Assembly: GCA_947501605.1 (NCBI GenBank)
Contig: CANMWZ010000002.1
Location: 128,001 to 192,000, forward strand
Length of the DNA: 64,000 bases
Direction: 5' to 3'
Source: Planctomycetota bacterium
GTDB lineage: Bacteria > Planctomycetota > UBA1135 > UBA2386
Shown here: in pieces, positions 10,897 through 20,913 of the stretch
How the letters are laid out: each line of letters starts with the position of its first letter
Numbering within the stretch: the first letter of the stretch is position 1
Position numbers and translations under genes: made by a program
Notes under the pieces: model-generated
The model's database searches: none
Told to the model about the DNA's origin: nothing
Seen by the model: only the letters and a program-made list of their open reading frames with translations

Positions 10897-12756
10897 TCAG
10901 CGGTCCGTTGGTGTTTTGCGCTCGGCCTTCTTCACGGGCAGTGACTTTGGCACTTGAGCCCCAGGCGAACGCACCGGCAGAGCGGGTTCTGCGGCCTTGC
11001 CGGTCCGCATCGCCTTGAGTTGGCGCGCCGCCACCTGTCGCAGCCATTCTTCCTCGTCGCCGAGTGAGCCAAACCGGAGGTTGTCCGAGGCTGGATGCTG
11101 GACCACCTGCTCGACCTCCGACCGCGGCACAACGATGCGATCGGAGCGCATCTGGATGATGTACTGATCGTCGACCACGGACTCGAGGATCGCGCCCACG
11201 AGGCGATTCTTGTTGCTGAGCTTCAAGAAGCCGGTCGTCGCGCGTTGCAGGTCGAAGTAGTCGGTGCTGTCCAGCGCCGTCAGCTTGGTGACCTCTTTCC
11301 GCGGCAGAGAGACCTCCCCCTGCTTGACGGTCATGATGAGCGCGTCGCGGGCGACGCCCTTCACGCTGCCGATGAAGAAGTTGCCGTTCTGCAACTGCGC
11401 AAAGGCCTTGCTGCCTGGTCGGATGTCGGTCCACTGCTCGACCGGCTCGGCAAGCGGATCGAACTGGCCGATCCATAGGGTCTCACCCGCCGGCTGATAG
11501 CGCGGTAGCTCGCTAGCTGCGATCTGAGGCCCGGGCTCGACCGGTGCCGGCTCACTGACGACGGGAGCAGTCGTGCTCGGCTCGCTCGGGGTCGGGACCA
11601 CCGGCTCGCTGTGCAGCACGCCCTCGGTGCTGGGCTGGGCCGGCAGGGAAGGCGACGCGATCGGTGTCGGCACCGGCTGCGGAGCGAGCTTCGGTGGCGC
11701 CGGCTGCGGCACGCGTGGCCCGGTATCCGGACGCGCCACCTCGACGCGATCGCTCAGCTGTGGATCGAGCTTGAGCCCCACCCACTCAGGGGACAAGACC
11801 ACGACGCCGGCCGCGCCGAGTACGAGCATCGCTGCCGCCAACGAACCGACGAGACGCAAAGTGCGGCCGCGGTAGGGAGCCATCTCCAGGACGACGGACT
11901 CTGCCGGCGCATCCTCGCCACCGCCCTCGAGCACCTCGAAGTGCGACTGGCGGCGGTAGTTTGGCTCGGATTCGTCGGCTTCCTCTGGTTGCGCCTCGAC
12001 TTCGCCTTCGCCCTCGGTCTGCAAGCCCGTGTCGTCGGCTTCTGCCTCGACAGGCTCCCATCCTTCTTCGACCGGGTAACCGTCCGCGGGCAGCGGCTCC
12101 TCGGCAAGCAGTGTCGTGCCCTCCTGGTCCTCCGGGTTATCCCCGTAGTTCCCCTCGTTGCCTTGCTGCTCCGGATCAGCGTCCTCACTGGCGTAGATCG
12201 TGTCGGTCTCGTCGACGTGCTCGACTTCTTCGCCATCGGCGACGGCATCGCCGTCGTCGAGCACGAAGACCTCGCCACCTAGCAAGTCATCGTCCGCTGC
12301 AACCGCGTCCGCAGCCTCGGCGACTGCCTCGCTGTCCTCGAGCACGATCTCGTCCGAGTCCTCGTTGCGTGAGAGCCCGTTCTCGTCGTCGACCAGTTCG
12401 AGTTCTTGCTCGCTGTCGATACCGAGTTCGTCGTCGTTATCGAAGTGGCTGCGGCTGTTCTCGACCGGGATGCCGATCTCGTCGGGTGACATCCCACGAC
12501 CTGCCCACTGCGAGCGAACCTCTTCGTCGAATTGGCGACCAGGCTGGCCAAGCGGCGGTTCCTCTCCGTCGGATGCCGCCGGTGCTGCGAACAACATGTC
12601 CTCAGGATCTGCGTCCGCAGGCTGGCCGAAGCTCGGCTTCTGCTTCTGCTTGTTGCCGGACTTCTTGGGCCCCTGCTCGAAGAACGGATCGAGCCCATCG
12701 TTCGGGCCGAGGTTCTCGGGGGTGGTGTCGTCGTTGTCGTGGTCGTGGACGGTCAT
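10897..12756 (-). CDS. Hypothetical bitopic membrane protein: very acidic disordered N-terminus, one TM, Pro-rich linker, duplicated C-terminal beta domain
   Basis: About 290 aa D/E-rich; TM LVGSLAAAMLVLGAAGVVVL; repeats QLQNGNFFIGSV...EVSLPRKEV and KLSNKNRLVGAI...RIVVPRSEV. Confidence 0.8.
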   Translation of the reverse strand: MTVHDHDNDDTTPENLGPNDGLDPFFEQGPKKSGNKQKQKPSFGQPADADPEDMLFAAPAASDGEEPPLGQPGRQFDEEVRSQWAGRGMSPDEIGIPVENSRSHFDNDDELGIDSEQELELVDDENGLSRNEDSDEIVLEDSEAVAEAADAVAADDDLLGGEVFVLDDGDAVADGEEVEHVDETDTIYASEDADPEQQGNEGNYGDNPEDQEGTTLLAEEPLPADGYPVEEGWEPVEAEADDTGLQTEGEGEVEAQPEEADESEPNYRRQSHFEVLEGGGEDAPAESVVLEMAPYRGRTLRLVGSLAAAMLVLGAAGVVVLSPEWVGLKLDPQLSDRVEVARPDTGPRVPQPAPPKLAPQPVPTPIASPSLPAQPSTEGVLHSEPVVPTPSEPSTTAPVVSEPAPVEPGPQIAASELPRYQPAGETLWIGQFDPLAEPVEQWTDIRPGSKAFAQLQNGNFFIGSVKGVARDALIMTVKQGEVSLPRKEVTKLTALDSTDYFDLQRATTGFLKLSNKNRLVGAILESVVDDQYIIQMRSDRIVVPRSEVEQVVQHPASDNLRFGSLGDEEEWLRQVAARQLKAMRTGKAAEPALPVRSPGAQVPKSLPVKKAERKTPTDR

Positions 12757-12863
12757 GGCGAACTCCGTAGCAGCCGGGGGATCCCCGGCTCTATCGGCTC
12801 GCGACCATCCAGGAACTGAACGGATCCTCCGCGACGGTGGAGCCCCCTTGGAAAATCCTGTCG

Positions 12864-13031
12864 CTGGCAGCCTGTTGCAGCACGCATCCTGCCTGTGGGC
12901 GCGGTAGCGGGTCCGATGTCTGCATCGCACGAACTGCGTCGAATCTGCCGATTCGAGGCAGTTCGCGCTCCTTGAGCTGAAACAAGCTCACGAACCCTCG
13001 GCGACGGAACCGTTCTTCAACAGGCTGTTAG
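12864..13031. mobile_element. Putative MITE/REP-like non-autonomous element (168 bp) with terminal inverted repeats and internal hairpins
   Basis: Left end ctggcagcctgttgcagcac versus reverse complement of right end ctaacagcctgttgaagaac (16/20 identical). Internal hairpins at 12927-12968 and 12973-12990. Confidence 0.55.
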
Positions 13032-13054
13032 GCCCTTGTCAACGGCTGCATCGG

Positions 13055-14998
13055 TCAGCCTTCGGCGCCGAGTTCACGACTCAGAGCCGAGGATGGCAGC
13101 AGCCGCCGGACACCACCGCGAAGCACCGTGAGCCCCAGGGCATCGACGTGTTCCAACAGCGGGATCAGGTACTTGCGGCTGGTATCCAGCTCGTCGCGCA
13201 GCTTGGGGATGTCCAGAACCTCGTCGTGCTTCAGGCAGTTGGTGCGGATCGAACGCAGCGCCGAGCGCAGCACCGGCGCGGCATAGAAGTGCTCCCCCAC
13301 GCGCTCGACCCGTCCTTCGTCGCCAGCGCGGTCGAGCAGGCCCGACAATGCGTCGCCGACGAGTTGCACGTGCGCCTCGATCTCGGCCCGGTCCGGTGGA
13401 CGAAAGCCACGCTCCGTGCACAGCGCCACGATGCCAGTAAGACGCTGTTGGTCGGCGCCCGACAGTGGCCGCAACCGTTCGAGGAACAGGATCTGGCCCT
13501 GACTGCCGGCACGCACGCGCCCTTGGTTCAGCAGGTCGTCGAAGACGGCATCGATCAACGGCTGCGGCAACGATTTCGTCGCGCGAAGTGCGCTGCGCTG
13601 GATCGAGGCTGCCGCCGCGCGTTTCTGCAACATCCGCTCGACAGAGTCCAGCAACTCGAGTTCGCCATGCCGAAGGTCCGCAAGCCGAAAGGCACGGCGC
13701 GCCCGCTGGTGCCAATGCACGTTGGGCATCGATGCGAGCACATCTTCGGCGGCCAGCTCATCGCGCTCGAGCGCTTGCGCGAGGGCCGCAATGGCACAAC
13801 CTGACGCCCCAGCCTGGGTCAGCTCGTGTTCGATGCGCGACTCCGGACGGTCGCCAGCCTCGCGGAGCGACTGGAGCTCGTCGCCGAGGAACTTTCGACG
13901 GTATCGACCGTGACCAGCGACCACCCGCATCACCGAGCCGCCGCCGACGGTGACCGGCGGCGTTTCCAGACGAAGCAAGACGCGATCCCCGTGAGCACAG
14001 CACACTGGCTCATCGAGCACGATGCGCACCACGGCACGTTCGCCAGCGGGAAGCACGTCGCGATCGAGCAACAACACGTCACCGCGAATCTCCACCGTTC
14101 CGGTGTGCAGTCGGACCGGAGTGCGATGGCGAAGCGGTTTGCTGCGCAACAGCAGCCGAACGTCAAGGTCGACGGCGGAGCCGACTGGAAAGGTCCCCGG
14201 TGCGCAGGCGACCATGCCACGGCGAAGACCGGCTTGCCGAGCGTCTGGCACCGACAAGGCCGTGCTGTGTCCCGCTACTGCTTGTTCGACTTTGCCACCG
14301 TAGGCATGAAGGCCACGAACGCGCACCCGCTCCCCCCCTGGCAGGATCTCGATCTCGTCGCCGGGCGACACCGTGCCAGCCAGCGGGATGCCGGTCACAA
14401 CCGTACCGATGCCAGGCAAGGTGAAGACGCGCTGGATCGGCATGCGAAACGCGCCGCCGCTCGGTCGCGGTTCGAGGCCACGAGCAAGCTGTTCGATTTC
14501 TGCCTTGAGCTCTTCGATGCCCTGTCCGGTGACGGAACTGACGTGGCACACCAAAGCGTCCTGAAGCACCGTGCCCTTGACCGCCTCTTTGACCTCCAAG
14601 GTCGCCATCTCGACAAGGGTCGCATCGACCATGTCGATCTTGGTCATCACGATGATCCCCTCGCGGACGCCGAGCAGGTCAATGATGTCGAGATGCTCGA
14701 TCGTCTGCGGCATCACGCCGTCGTCAGCAGCCACGACCAGCAGCACGAGGTCAATGCCAGTGCAGCCTGCGACCATGTTGCGCACGAACCGCTCGTGACC
14801 AGGAACGTCGACGACCCCGAGATAGCGGCCGTCCTTCATCTTCCACCGGGCGAATCCCAGGTCGATCGTGAGCCCCCGCTCCTGCTCTTCCTTGAGGCGA
14901 TCGGGGTCGATGCCGGTCAGCGCCCGAACGAGCGACGACTTGCCGTGGTCGATGTGGCCTGCCGTCCCGACCACGACTGGATGGATCGGACGCGCCAT
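13055..14998 (-). CDS. selB: Selenocysteine-specific translation elongation factor
   Basis: [51 protein letters not shown]-terminal winged helix [14 protein letters not shown]. Confidence 0.95.
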   Translation of the reverse strand: MARPIHPVVVGTAGHIDHGKSSLVRALTGIDPDRLKEEQERGLTIDLGFARWKMKDGRYLGVVDVPGHERFVRNMVAGCTGIDLVLLVVAADDGVMPQTIEHLDIIDLLGVREGIIVMTKIDMVDATLVEMATLEVKEAVKGTVLQDALVCHVSSVTGQGIEELKAEIEQLARGLEPRPSGGAFRMPIQRVFTLPGIGTVVTGIPLAGTVSPGDEIEILPGGERVRVRGLHAYGGKVEQAVAGHSTALSVPDARQAGLRRGMVACAPGTFPVGSAVDLDVRLLLRSKPLRHRTPVRLHTGTVEIRGDVLLLDRDVLPAGERAVVRIVLDEPVCCAHGDRVLLRLETPPVTVGGGSVMRVVAGHGRYRRKFLGDELQSLREAGDRPESRIEHELTQAGASGCAIAALAQALERDELAAEDVLASMPNVHWHQRARRAFRLADLRHGELELLDSVERMLQKRAAAASIQRSALRATKSLPQPLIDAVFDDLLNQGRVRAGSQGQILFLERLRPLSGADQQRLTGIVALCTERGFRPPDRAEIEAHVQLVGDALSGLLDRAGDEGRVERVGEHFYAAPVLRSALRSIRTNCLKHDEVLDIPKLRDELDTSRKYLIPLLEHVDALGLTVLRGGVRRLLPSSALSRELGAEG

Positions 14999-15005
14999 CC
15001 CCGGG

Positions 15006-15710
15006 TCAACGCGGTAGGTATAGGATGCGCTGGCAGGAGTCGCAGGAGATCACGGTTGTGCCGCCCATGAGCTTGGCGGTGTCGTTCGTCGTGATCTTGT
15101 TGTAGCAGCCCTGGCAGAAGCCGCGTTCGACCGAGCAGACCGCGAGGCCATCGCGGGTGGCAAAAAGCCGCTCGTAGCCAGTCAGAAGGTCGTTCGGAAT
15201 GCCCTCGGCGACGAACTTGCGCTTTTCAATCACGCCGACGACTTTGAGCTCACAGGCGGCACGCAGCTTCGCAGCCTCCGCAAGGAACCCTTCGAACACT
15301 TTCCGCTCCTCCGCGGCAGCAGCCGCCGCGGTAGTCAACTCGGCCTTGAGGGCGTCCATCCCCTCCAGCAACTTCAGGCACTCGTCCTGAAGGCGATCTC
15401 GTTCGCGCACCACTGACTCGATCTGGAACAGAGTCGCCTGATACTCCGCGTTGTTGCGGACGGCGTTGAGGCGCTCGTTGAGCTTCTTGATCTCGTCGTC
15501 CGATTGCTTGACGGTTATGTCGAGAGCCCGGGTCTCCAGTTCGACCTTGGTCGAACGGTCCTTACGCTCAAGAGCGAGGCGCTCGAGGTCGTCGAGCTTG
15601 CGCTTGCGCTTCAGTTCCTCGGCGGGCAGGGAGGCAGTATCGCGTCGCAGCGAGACGATCTCCTGGTCGACCTTCTGCAGTTCCAGCAGCTTCTTGACGT
15701 TCGGATGCAC
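15006..15710 (-). CDS. Coiled-coil + C4 zinc-ribbon protein (CT398/HP0958-like)
   Basis: LLELQKVD start, long coiled coil, CQGC...CDSCQRILY; usual position downstream of rpoD. Confidence 0.88.
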   Translation of the reverse strand: MHPNVKKLLELQKVDQEIVSLRRDTASLPAEELKRKRKLDDLERLALERKDRSTKVELETRALDITVKQSDDEIKKLNERLNAVRNNAEYQATLFQIESVVRERDRLQDECLKLLEGMDALKAELTTAAAAAAEERKVFEGFLAEAAKLRAACELKVVGVIEKRKFVAEGIPNDLLTGYERLFATRDGLAVCSVERGFCQGCYNKITTNDTAKLMGGTTVISCDSCQRILYLPR

Positions 15711-15906
15711 CTGAGTCCGTCTTGATCCCTAAGGCGGACGCCTTTGGGGACGAGGGAGCTTAGCTAGCTCGCTGCGGTGCTCAAGGGGAATGTCAGACGC
15801 CTGCATCCCCGATCGGCCTCAGCAGGAGCGGCTTCGACCACCGCCGCCTCGCCGGGCCCGCACGAAATGCGAGCCAGGCGCGGGCGCGAACGCAGGGCGC
15901 GATCGA

Positions 15907-17613
15907 CTACATCCCTTCGCTGATCGGCGAATCGAGGAAGCCGCCCAGACGGCGAGCCCGAACCGGGTGCTGCAGCTTGCGAACGGCCTTGGCCTCGATC
16001 TGTCGCACGCGTTCCCGCGTCACGCGGAAGATGCGGCCAACTTCTTCGAGGGTGTAGGTGTAGCCATCGCCGATGCCGTAGCGCAGCTTGATGATCTCGC
16101 GCTCGCGGAAGGTCAAGGTGCTCAGCACGCTCTCGATGCGCTCGCGCAGCATTTCGCGGCTCGCCGCACTGACAGGCGACTCGACCGACTCGTCCTCGAT
16201 GAAGTCACCGAAGTACGAGTCGTCAGACTCGCCGATCGGCCGGTCGAGACTGATCGGATGCTTGCTGATCTTCATTACGCGCTTGGCCTCTTCGACCGAG
16301 ACCTGCGCTGCCTCCGCCACCTCTTCGATCGAAGGCTCGCGACCCTTAGCCTGGATGAGCTTCTTCGTCACATTGCGAAGCTTGCTCATCGTCTCGATCA
16401 TGTGCACGGGGATGCGAATCGTGCGCGCTTGGTCGGCGATCGAGCGCGTAATGGCCTGACGGATCCACCACGTCGCATAGGTCGAGAACTTGTAGCCACG
16501 GCGGTACTCGTACTTCTCCACCGCCTTCATCAAGCCCGTGTTGCCTTCTTGGATCAGATCCAGGAACGACAGCCCGCGATTGCGGTACTTCTTGGCGATC
16601 GAAACGACCAGGCGAAGGTTGCCGGACGACAGCTTCCGCTTGGCATCTTCGTAGGCGGCATAGGCCTGACGAACGAACTGAAGACGACGCTCGAGCCGCT
16701 CCACGGTCTCGAGACCGTCGATCTGCATCTCCATCAAACGGCGTCGAGTCTCCTGCGCGTCCGGATTGTGGATCTGAGCGCCGCGATAGCGCTGCAGACG
16801 CTGGCCGAGGCGGTGCGCTTCCTGCACTCGGCTCTCGATCAGATCGATCATTGGACGAACCTTCTTGCCCTGCAGGTTCAGTTCTTCGATCAAGGCGACG
16901 GCCTTGCGACGGCGCGAAAAGATGCGCTTGTTGAGGACCTGCGAGTCCGTTGCAGACGGCGTGCCCTCCATCATCTGCAGGCAGTCTTTGCGCGCCGCGT
17001 CGTAGATCAAACGCAGCGTTGCGATATTGCCCGGCAGTCGATCCGACAGATCGGCCTTGCCGACCTCGGGATCCTGCTGGTTCACCTTCAGCGTGCGGTC
17101 GAATGCGAGTTCGCCCTTCAACACGTCCTCGAGGATCTCGATCGCATTCTGCAGGCCAAAGCCCGAGCTCAGCACCTCCTTGCGGAACTGCTTGCGCGTC
17201 AGCTCGATTTTGCGCGCCAGCGAGATCTCCTCCTCGCGCGTCAGCAGCGGGATCTCGCCCATCTGCGTGAGATACATGCGCACGGGGTCGTCGATCTTCT
17301 CCGTGATGTCGACGATGGGCGCAGCGAGTTCGGCCTCGGTTGGCTCTTGGAGATCGAGCTCGGGCAGATCGGCCTCGTCGCCGCCAGCATCCTCGCCGTC
17401 CTCCTTGCGAGCAGATCCCTTCTTGTCCTTCTGCTTCTGATCCTCTTCGACGACGTCGAGACCGGCTTCCTCGATCATCGCGATCGCGGCCTCGATCTTC
17501 TCGGGCGTAGAGTTGTCGTCCGGCAGAACGGAGTTGAGTTGGGCCAGCGTGATCACGCCCGTCTTGCGATGGGCTTTGATCAGTGCCTTGAGCTTCTTGT
17601 CGAGGGTATCCAT
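15907..17613 (-). CDS. rpoD: RNA polymerase primary sigma factor
   Basis: [55 protein letters not shown]...[10 protein letters not shown]; region 1.1 present. Confidence 0.97.
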   Translation of the reverse strand: MDTLDKKLKALIKAHRKTGVITLAQLNSVLPDDNSTPEKIEAAIAMIEEAGLDVVEEDQKQKDKKGSARKEDGEDAGGDEADLPELDLQEPTEAELAAPIVDITEKIDDPVRMYLTQMGEIPLLTREEEISLARKIELTRKQFRKEVLSSGFGLQNAIEILEDVLKGELAFDRTLKVNQQDPEVGKADLSDRLPGNIATLRLIYDAARKDCLQMMEGTPSATDSQVLNKRIFSRRRKAVALIEELNLQGKKVRPMIDLIESRVQEAHRLGQRLQRYRGAQIHNPDAQETRRRLMEMQIDGLETVERLERRLQFVRQAYAAYEDAKRKLSSGNLRLVVSIAKKYRNRGLSFLDLIQEGNTGLMKAVEKYEYRRGYKFSTYATWWIRQAITRSIADQARTIRIPVHMIETMSKLRNVTKKLIQAKGREPSIEEVAEAAQVSVEEAKRVMKISKHPISLDRPIGESDDSYFGDFIEDESVESPVSAASREMLRERIESVLSTLTFREREIIKLRYGIGDGYTYTLEEVGRIFRVTRERVRQIEAKAVRKLQHPVRARRLGGFLDSPISEGM

Positions 17614-17816
17614 GGGGTGCGCGGGGCCGAAGTCCCTACGTCGGGCTGCGGCCAAGGGGTTTCGTTTACGGACAGCGGGCTGCGGAAGGGCCGGAGAAAT
17701 CCAGAATGCTGTGCTTCTGGAGCAATCCGGACAGTCAGGTTCGGGGTCGGGTAGGGCCCCGGATAGGGTCTGCGATCAGGGCGTCGGGTCTGGGTCGAAA
17801 GCTGTGGAAATGAAGG

Positions 17817-19721
17817 TCATTCGGCCGAGGCGCGGGGGCTGTGCGCTCGCATCTGGGCCACAAGTTCTTGGGTCAAGCGATCCGCAGTCTCGCGATCGCC
17901 GGCGGCCAACGCGGCCTGCAGCTGCTGCCGGAGACCCCGGGCCGAGGTCTTGGCCGAGGCCCGACGGCGGTCGTTGGTCAACATCTCGAAGAAGGCTGCC
18001 GGATCGCGAATTTCGTCGGCGCGCTTGATCGCCCTCGCCAGGACGGAACACAAACCGGGCTCCTCGGCGATCGCGCTGAAAACATGGCGCGCCACCTCGG
18101 CGCGGCCGGCGCGGCCTTGGGTGACGGCGTCGCGGAGGAAGCCGACCAGCCGCGCCACTTCTGCGGACTTGAGCACCTCAGCATCGAGTTGCCCGACCAG
18201 TTCAGGCATCTCGATGAGGACGGCCAGCAGGTCGCCCTCCGCCGCCAGAGCAGGCCGCGGCGCGCCCTTCTGCACGGCCCCAGGAGTCGTGGCGACCGCA
18301 GCAGGCGGCAACGACCGCGGATCGATGTTGGCGAGATCCAGGTCGCCGCTCCGGACCGTGGCGCCTTCGCCCTCGTCACCACGGACTGGCCGCTCGGTCT
18401 CCCGCTGAGGTCGCAGCTTCTGCAGCAGCCGCGCCAAGGTCTCCGCCGGTACCGCGAGATGTCGGGCCATCTCTTGGAGCAGAGCCCGGCGGCGCAGGTC
18501 GCTGTCGACGAGTCCAAGGAGCAGACCGCATTCACGCGCCGCCTTCTCGAGGTCGGTTGGCTGCGCAAAGTCGAGCCGCTTGCGCAGCAGACGGAACCAC
18601 GTCGACAGCGCGTCATCGGCACCGTCGAGCAAGTCCGCGAAGCGCGCGCGGCGCTCGATCACCAAGTCGGTGTCCTCGCCAGCGCGAGCGACAACATAGT
18701 CTGCTGGATCCTTGGCATCGGCCATCAGCGCGATCTTGACAGCGACCTGGCTGTTCACGAGTTCGCGCATAGCGCGCACTGCCGCCTGCTGGCCGGCTCG
18801 ATCCCCATCGAACAGCAGGACAACGCCGTCTTGGGCATAGCGTTCGAGCTTCTTGCTGTGCTCACCGGTGAAGGCAGTCCCGAGGGCCGCCACGGCACCG
18901 TAGAAACCAGCGAGGTGGCAGGCGATCACGTCGGTGTAGCCCTCCATCACGACAATGCGGCGGCAGCCCTGCTGCTTCACATGATGCAAGCCGTAGAGCA
19001 CGCGTCGCTTGCTGAAGAACGGCGACTCCGGTGAGTTGATGTACTTGGGCGGCTCGAAACCGTCGGCGCGCACCGGCGCCCCGGGCAACACGCGACCACC
19101 AAAGCCACACACACGACCGCGCTCATCTTCGATCGGGAACATCACGCGGCCGGCAAACGGCTCACTCCGTTCGCGCAACAGGCCGGCTTGCTCGAGGATT
19201 GCCATCGGCATTCGCCGCTGCGTTGCGAACTGGCGCAAGGCGTCGTAGCGCGCCGGCCAGTAGCCGATACCCCACGACTCCATCGCCGGGGCCAAGGCGC
19301 GCTGCTCGAGGTAGTCGCGGGCAACCTGGCCCTCTTTGGCGAACAGCTGCTGCTGCAACCACGACCGCACTTCCCCCAGCACTTGGTGCGGATCCGGGCC
19401 TCGCGTGCTGGCATCACCGCGACCGAACACCCCCTCCAGCGAGATCTGGGCGCGATCCGCCAGGGTCTCCATCGCCTCGCGGAAACTCAGTCCTTCCTGC
19501 TCCATCAAGAAGGTGAACACGTCACCGGACTTGCCGCATCCGAAGCAATAGAAGTGCTGGCTATCGGCGTAGACCGTGAACGACGGCGACTTCTCCTGAT
19601 GGAACGGACAAAGCGCCTGCAGCAGCCGGCCTCGCGGCTTCAGCGGCAGGTAGCCCTCCACCAAGGCGACCAGGTCAGTGGCCTCCTTGATCCGCAGCTT
19701 TGCTTCGTCGAATCGGTCCAT
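17817..19721 (-). CDS. dnaG: DNA primase
   Basis: Zn finger CPFH...CFGC, FPI...GFGGR, PKYINSPE, TOPRIM EGYTDV and FDGDRAG. Confidence 0.96.
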   Translation of the reverse strand: MDRFDEAKLRIKEATDLVALVEGYLPLKPRGRLLQALCPFHQEKSPSFTVYADSQHFYCFGCGKSGDVFTFLMEQEGLSFREAMETLADRAQISLEGVFGRGDASTRGPDPHQVLGEVRSWLQQQLFAKEGQVARDYLEQRALAPAMESWGIGYWPARYDALRQFATQRRMPMAILEQAGLLRERSEPFAGRVMFPIEDERGRVCGFGGRVLPGAPVRADGFEPPKYINSPESPFFSKRRVLYGLHHVKQQGCRRIVVMEGYTDVIACHLAGFYGAVAALGTAFTGEHSKKLERYAQDGVVLLFDGDRAGQQAAVRAMRELVNSQVAVKIALMADAKDPADYVVARAGEDTDLVIERRARFADLLDGADDALSTWFRLLRKRLDFAQPTDLEKAARECGLLLGLVDSDLRRRALLQEMARHLAVPAETLARLLQKLRPQRETERPVRGDEGEGATVRSGDLDLANIDPRSLPPAAVATTPGAVQKGAPRPALAAEGDLLAVLIEMPELVGQLDAEVLKSAEVARLVGFLRDAVTQGRAGRAEVARHVFSAIAEEPGLCSVLARAIKRADEIRDPAAFFEMLTNDRRRASAKTSARGLRQQLQAALAAGDRETADRLTQELVAQMRAHSPRASAE

Positions 19722-19737
19722 CGGTCGCTAGGGGGAA

Positions 19738-19984
19738 GATCGGTGACCGCAAACACGGCGCTACGAAAGCGCCGGTAGCACCGTCACCAATCGAAGGGTA
19801 TCCCATTCCGAGACCTCACGTCCCGAATCGATACTCAAACCACCCCTACTGCTCTGACGCCCAGGTTGGCCGGAGAAGCCCGAAGAGTCGTGGTGGCTCG
19901 CTCACTTGGAGCGGTGCGCAAACCGATTGACCTGTGGGCCCGGACCGATGGATGGAGTACCGGGGGACGCGAACGCAGCGGGAA
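19738..19984 (-). ncRNA. Candidate structured non-coding RNA or dnaG leader (long rod plus two hairpins); family unassigned
   Basis: Manual pairing on the minus strand with many G-U pairs: rod 19843-19984, GUGA-loop hairpin 19796-19836, UUCG-containing hairpin 19738-19792. Lies directly behind a TTGACA promoter. Confidence 0.5.
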
Positions 19985-19992
19985 GGCGCGAA

Positions 19993-20020
19993 GTTCTAGC
20001 CCCCATCCGGGCTCTGTCAA
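19993..20020 (-). promoter_or_regulatory. Putative sigma70 promoter
   Basis: Minus strand TTGACA-16 nt-TAGAAC(T): perfect -35, imperfect -10. Confidence 0.5.
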
Positions 20021-20022
20021 GG

Positions 20023-20913
20023 TCATGCGGGCCCGGCGGCGCGGACGGCGTGAAACAGCTCCACCATTTCGTCGGGGGCCAACGTTTCGGCCCGCCGCTG
20101 CAGGAACGACTCTGGCAGGTCTGGAAACCCACTCCCAATCGCCGCCGCCGCCTCAGTCACCGTGGTGCGCAGGACCTTCCGCCGCTTGCCAAAGAGCACG
20201 CGAACGAACTGCTGGAGGGCCCGCCGGTCGGCCGGCTGGAACCGGTCGGTGTCGGCGCGGCGCCGCAAGCGCACGATCGCGGAAGCTACCTTGGGTCGAG
20301 GCCGGAACACCTCCGCCCCCACGGTCCGCAGGCGTTCGACCGCATAGGCAGACTGCAGCAAGGCCGAGAGGCCACCGTAATCCTCACTCCCGGCCTTCGC
20401 CGCCAGGCGGTCGCCGAGTTCTCGCTGGACCAGGACGACGATCCGATCGGGAAGGCGCGGCAGGCAAAACAGCTCAGCCAGGAGAGGCCCGGAGGCGGCG
20501 TAGGGCAAGTTGCCGACGACTAGAAACTCCTCGCGATCGGTCAGAGCTTGGTCGAGGCGTGTCCGCACGACCTCGGGCAAGCTGCCGCCGGGGCCGCTGA
20601 GTGCGTCGGCAAGCACGATCTCGACGTTGCGAAAAGAGGCGAGGTCCTCGCTAGCCACGGCATGCAAACGCGAGTCGATTTCGACGCCGAGCACAAAGCC
20701 TGCGACCAGCGCCAGCTCGCGGGTGAGAAAGCCGAGCCCAACGCCGATCTCCAGCACGACATCGCGGTCGGAGCTCTCGGCAGCGCCTGCAATCACACGG
20801 TGCAGAGTGGGGTCGAGCAGGAAGTTCTGGCCACGCGTGCTACTGGGGCGGAAGCCAAGCGCGTCGAGGCGCTCGCGGTAGTTGGCGAAGGAATCGCGCG
20901 CCGAGTCGGTCAC
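20023..20913 (-). CDS. rsmA: 16S rRNA (A1518/A1519) dimethyltransferase
   Basis: GQNFLLD, VLEIGVGLG, VGNLPY, FRPRPKVASA, RRAETL. GTG start overlaps the upstream stop (GTGA). Confidence 0.92.
   Translation of the reverse strand: MTDSARDSFANYRERLDALGFRPSSTRGQNFLLDPTLHRVIAGAAESSDRDVVLEIGVGLGFLTRELALVAGFVLGVEIDSRLHAVASEDLASFRNVEIVLADALSGPGGSLPEVVRTRLDQALTDREEFLVVGNLPYAASGPLLAELFCLPRLPDRIVVLVQRELGDRLAAKAGSEDYGGLSALLQSAYAVERLRTVGAEVFRPRPKVASAIVRLRRRADTDRFQPADRRALQQFVRVLFGKRRKVLRTTVTEAAAAIGSGFPDLPESFLQRRAETLAPDEMVELFHAVRAAGPA

Noticed and set aside
12757..13054. Possible tRNA-Sec (selC) next to selB
   Set aside because: No cloverleaf with UCA anticodon or CCA end; the hairpins are better explained by the inverted-repeat-bounded element.
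15711..15906. tRNA downstream of rpoD
   Set aside because: No cloverleaf; only GC-rich hairpins and a possible minus-strand TTGAGC...TAAGCT promoter, too weak to list as a feature.
15790..17754. 654-aa plus-strand ORF; similar long ORFs at 1186..2721, 6003..7418, 25346..27157, 32176..33879 and 35320..36879
   Set aside because: Antisense shadows of well-supported genes, expected in high-GC DNA; no recognisable motifs.
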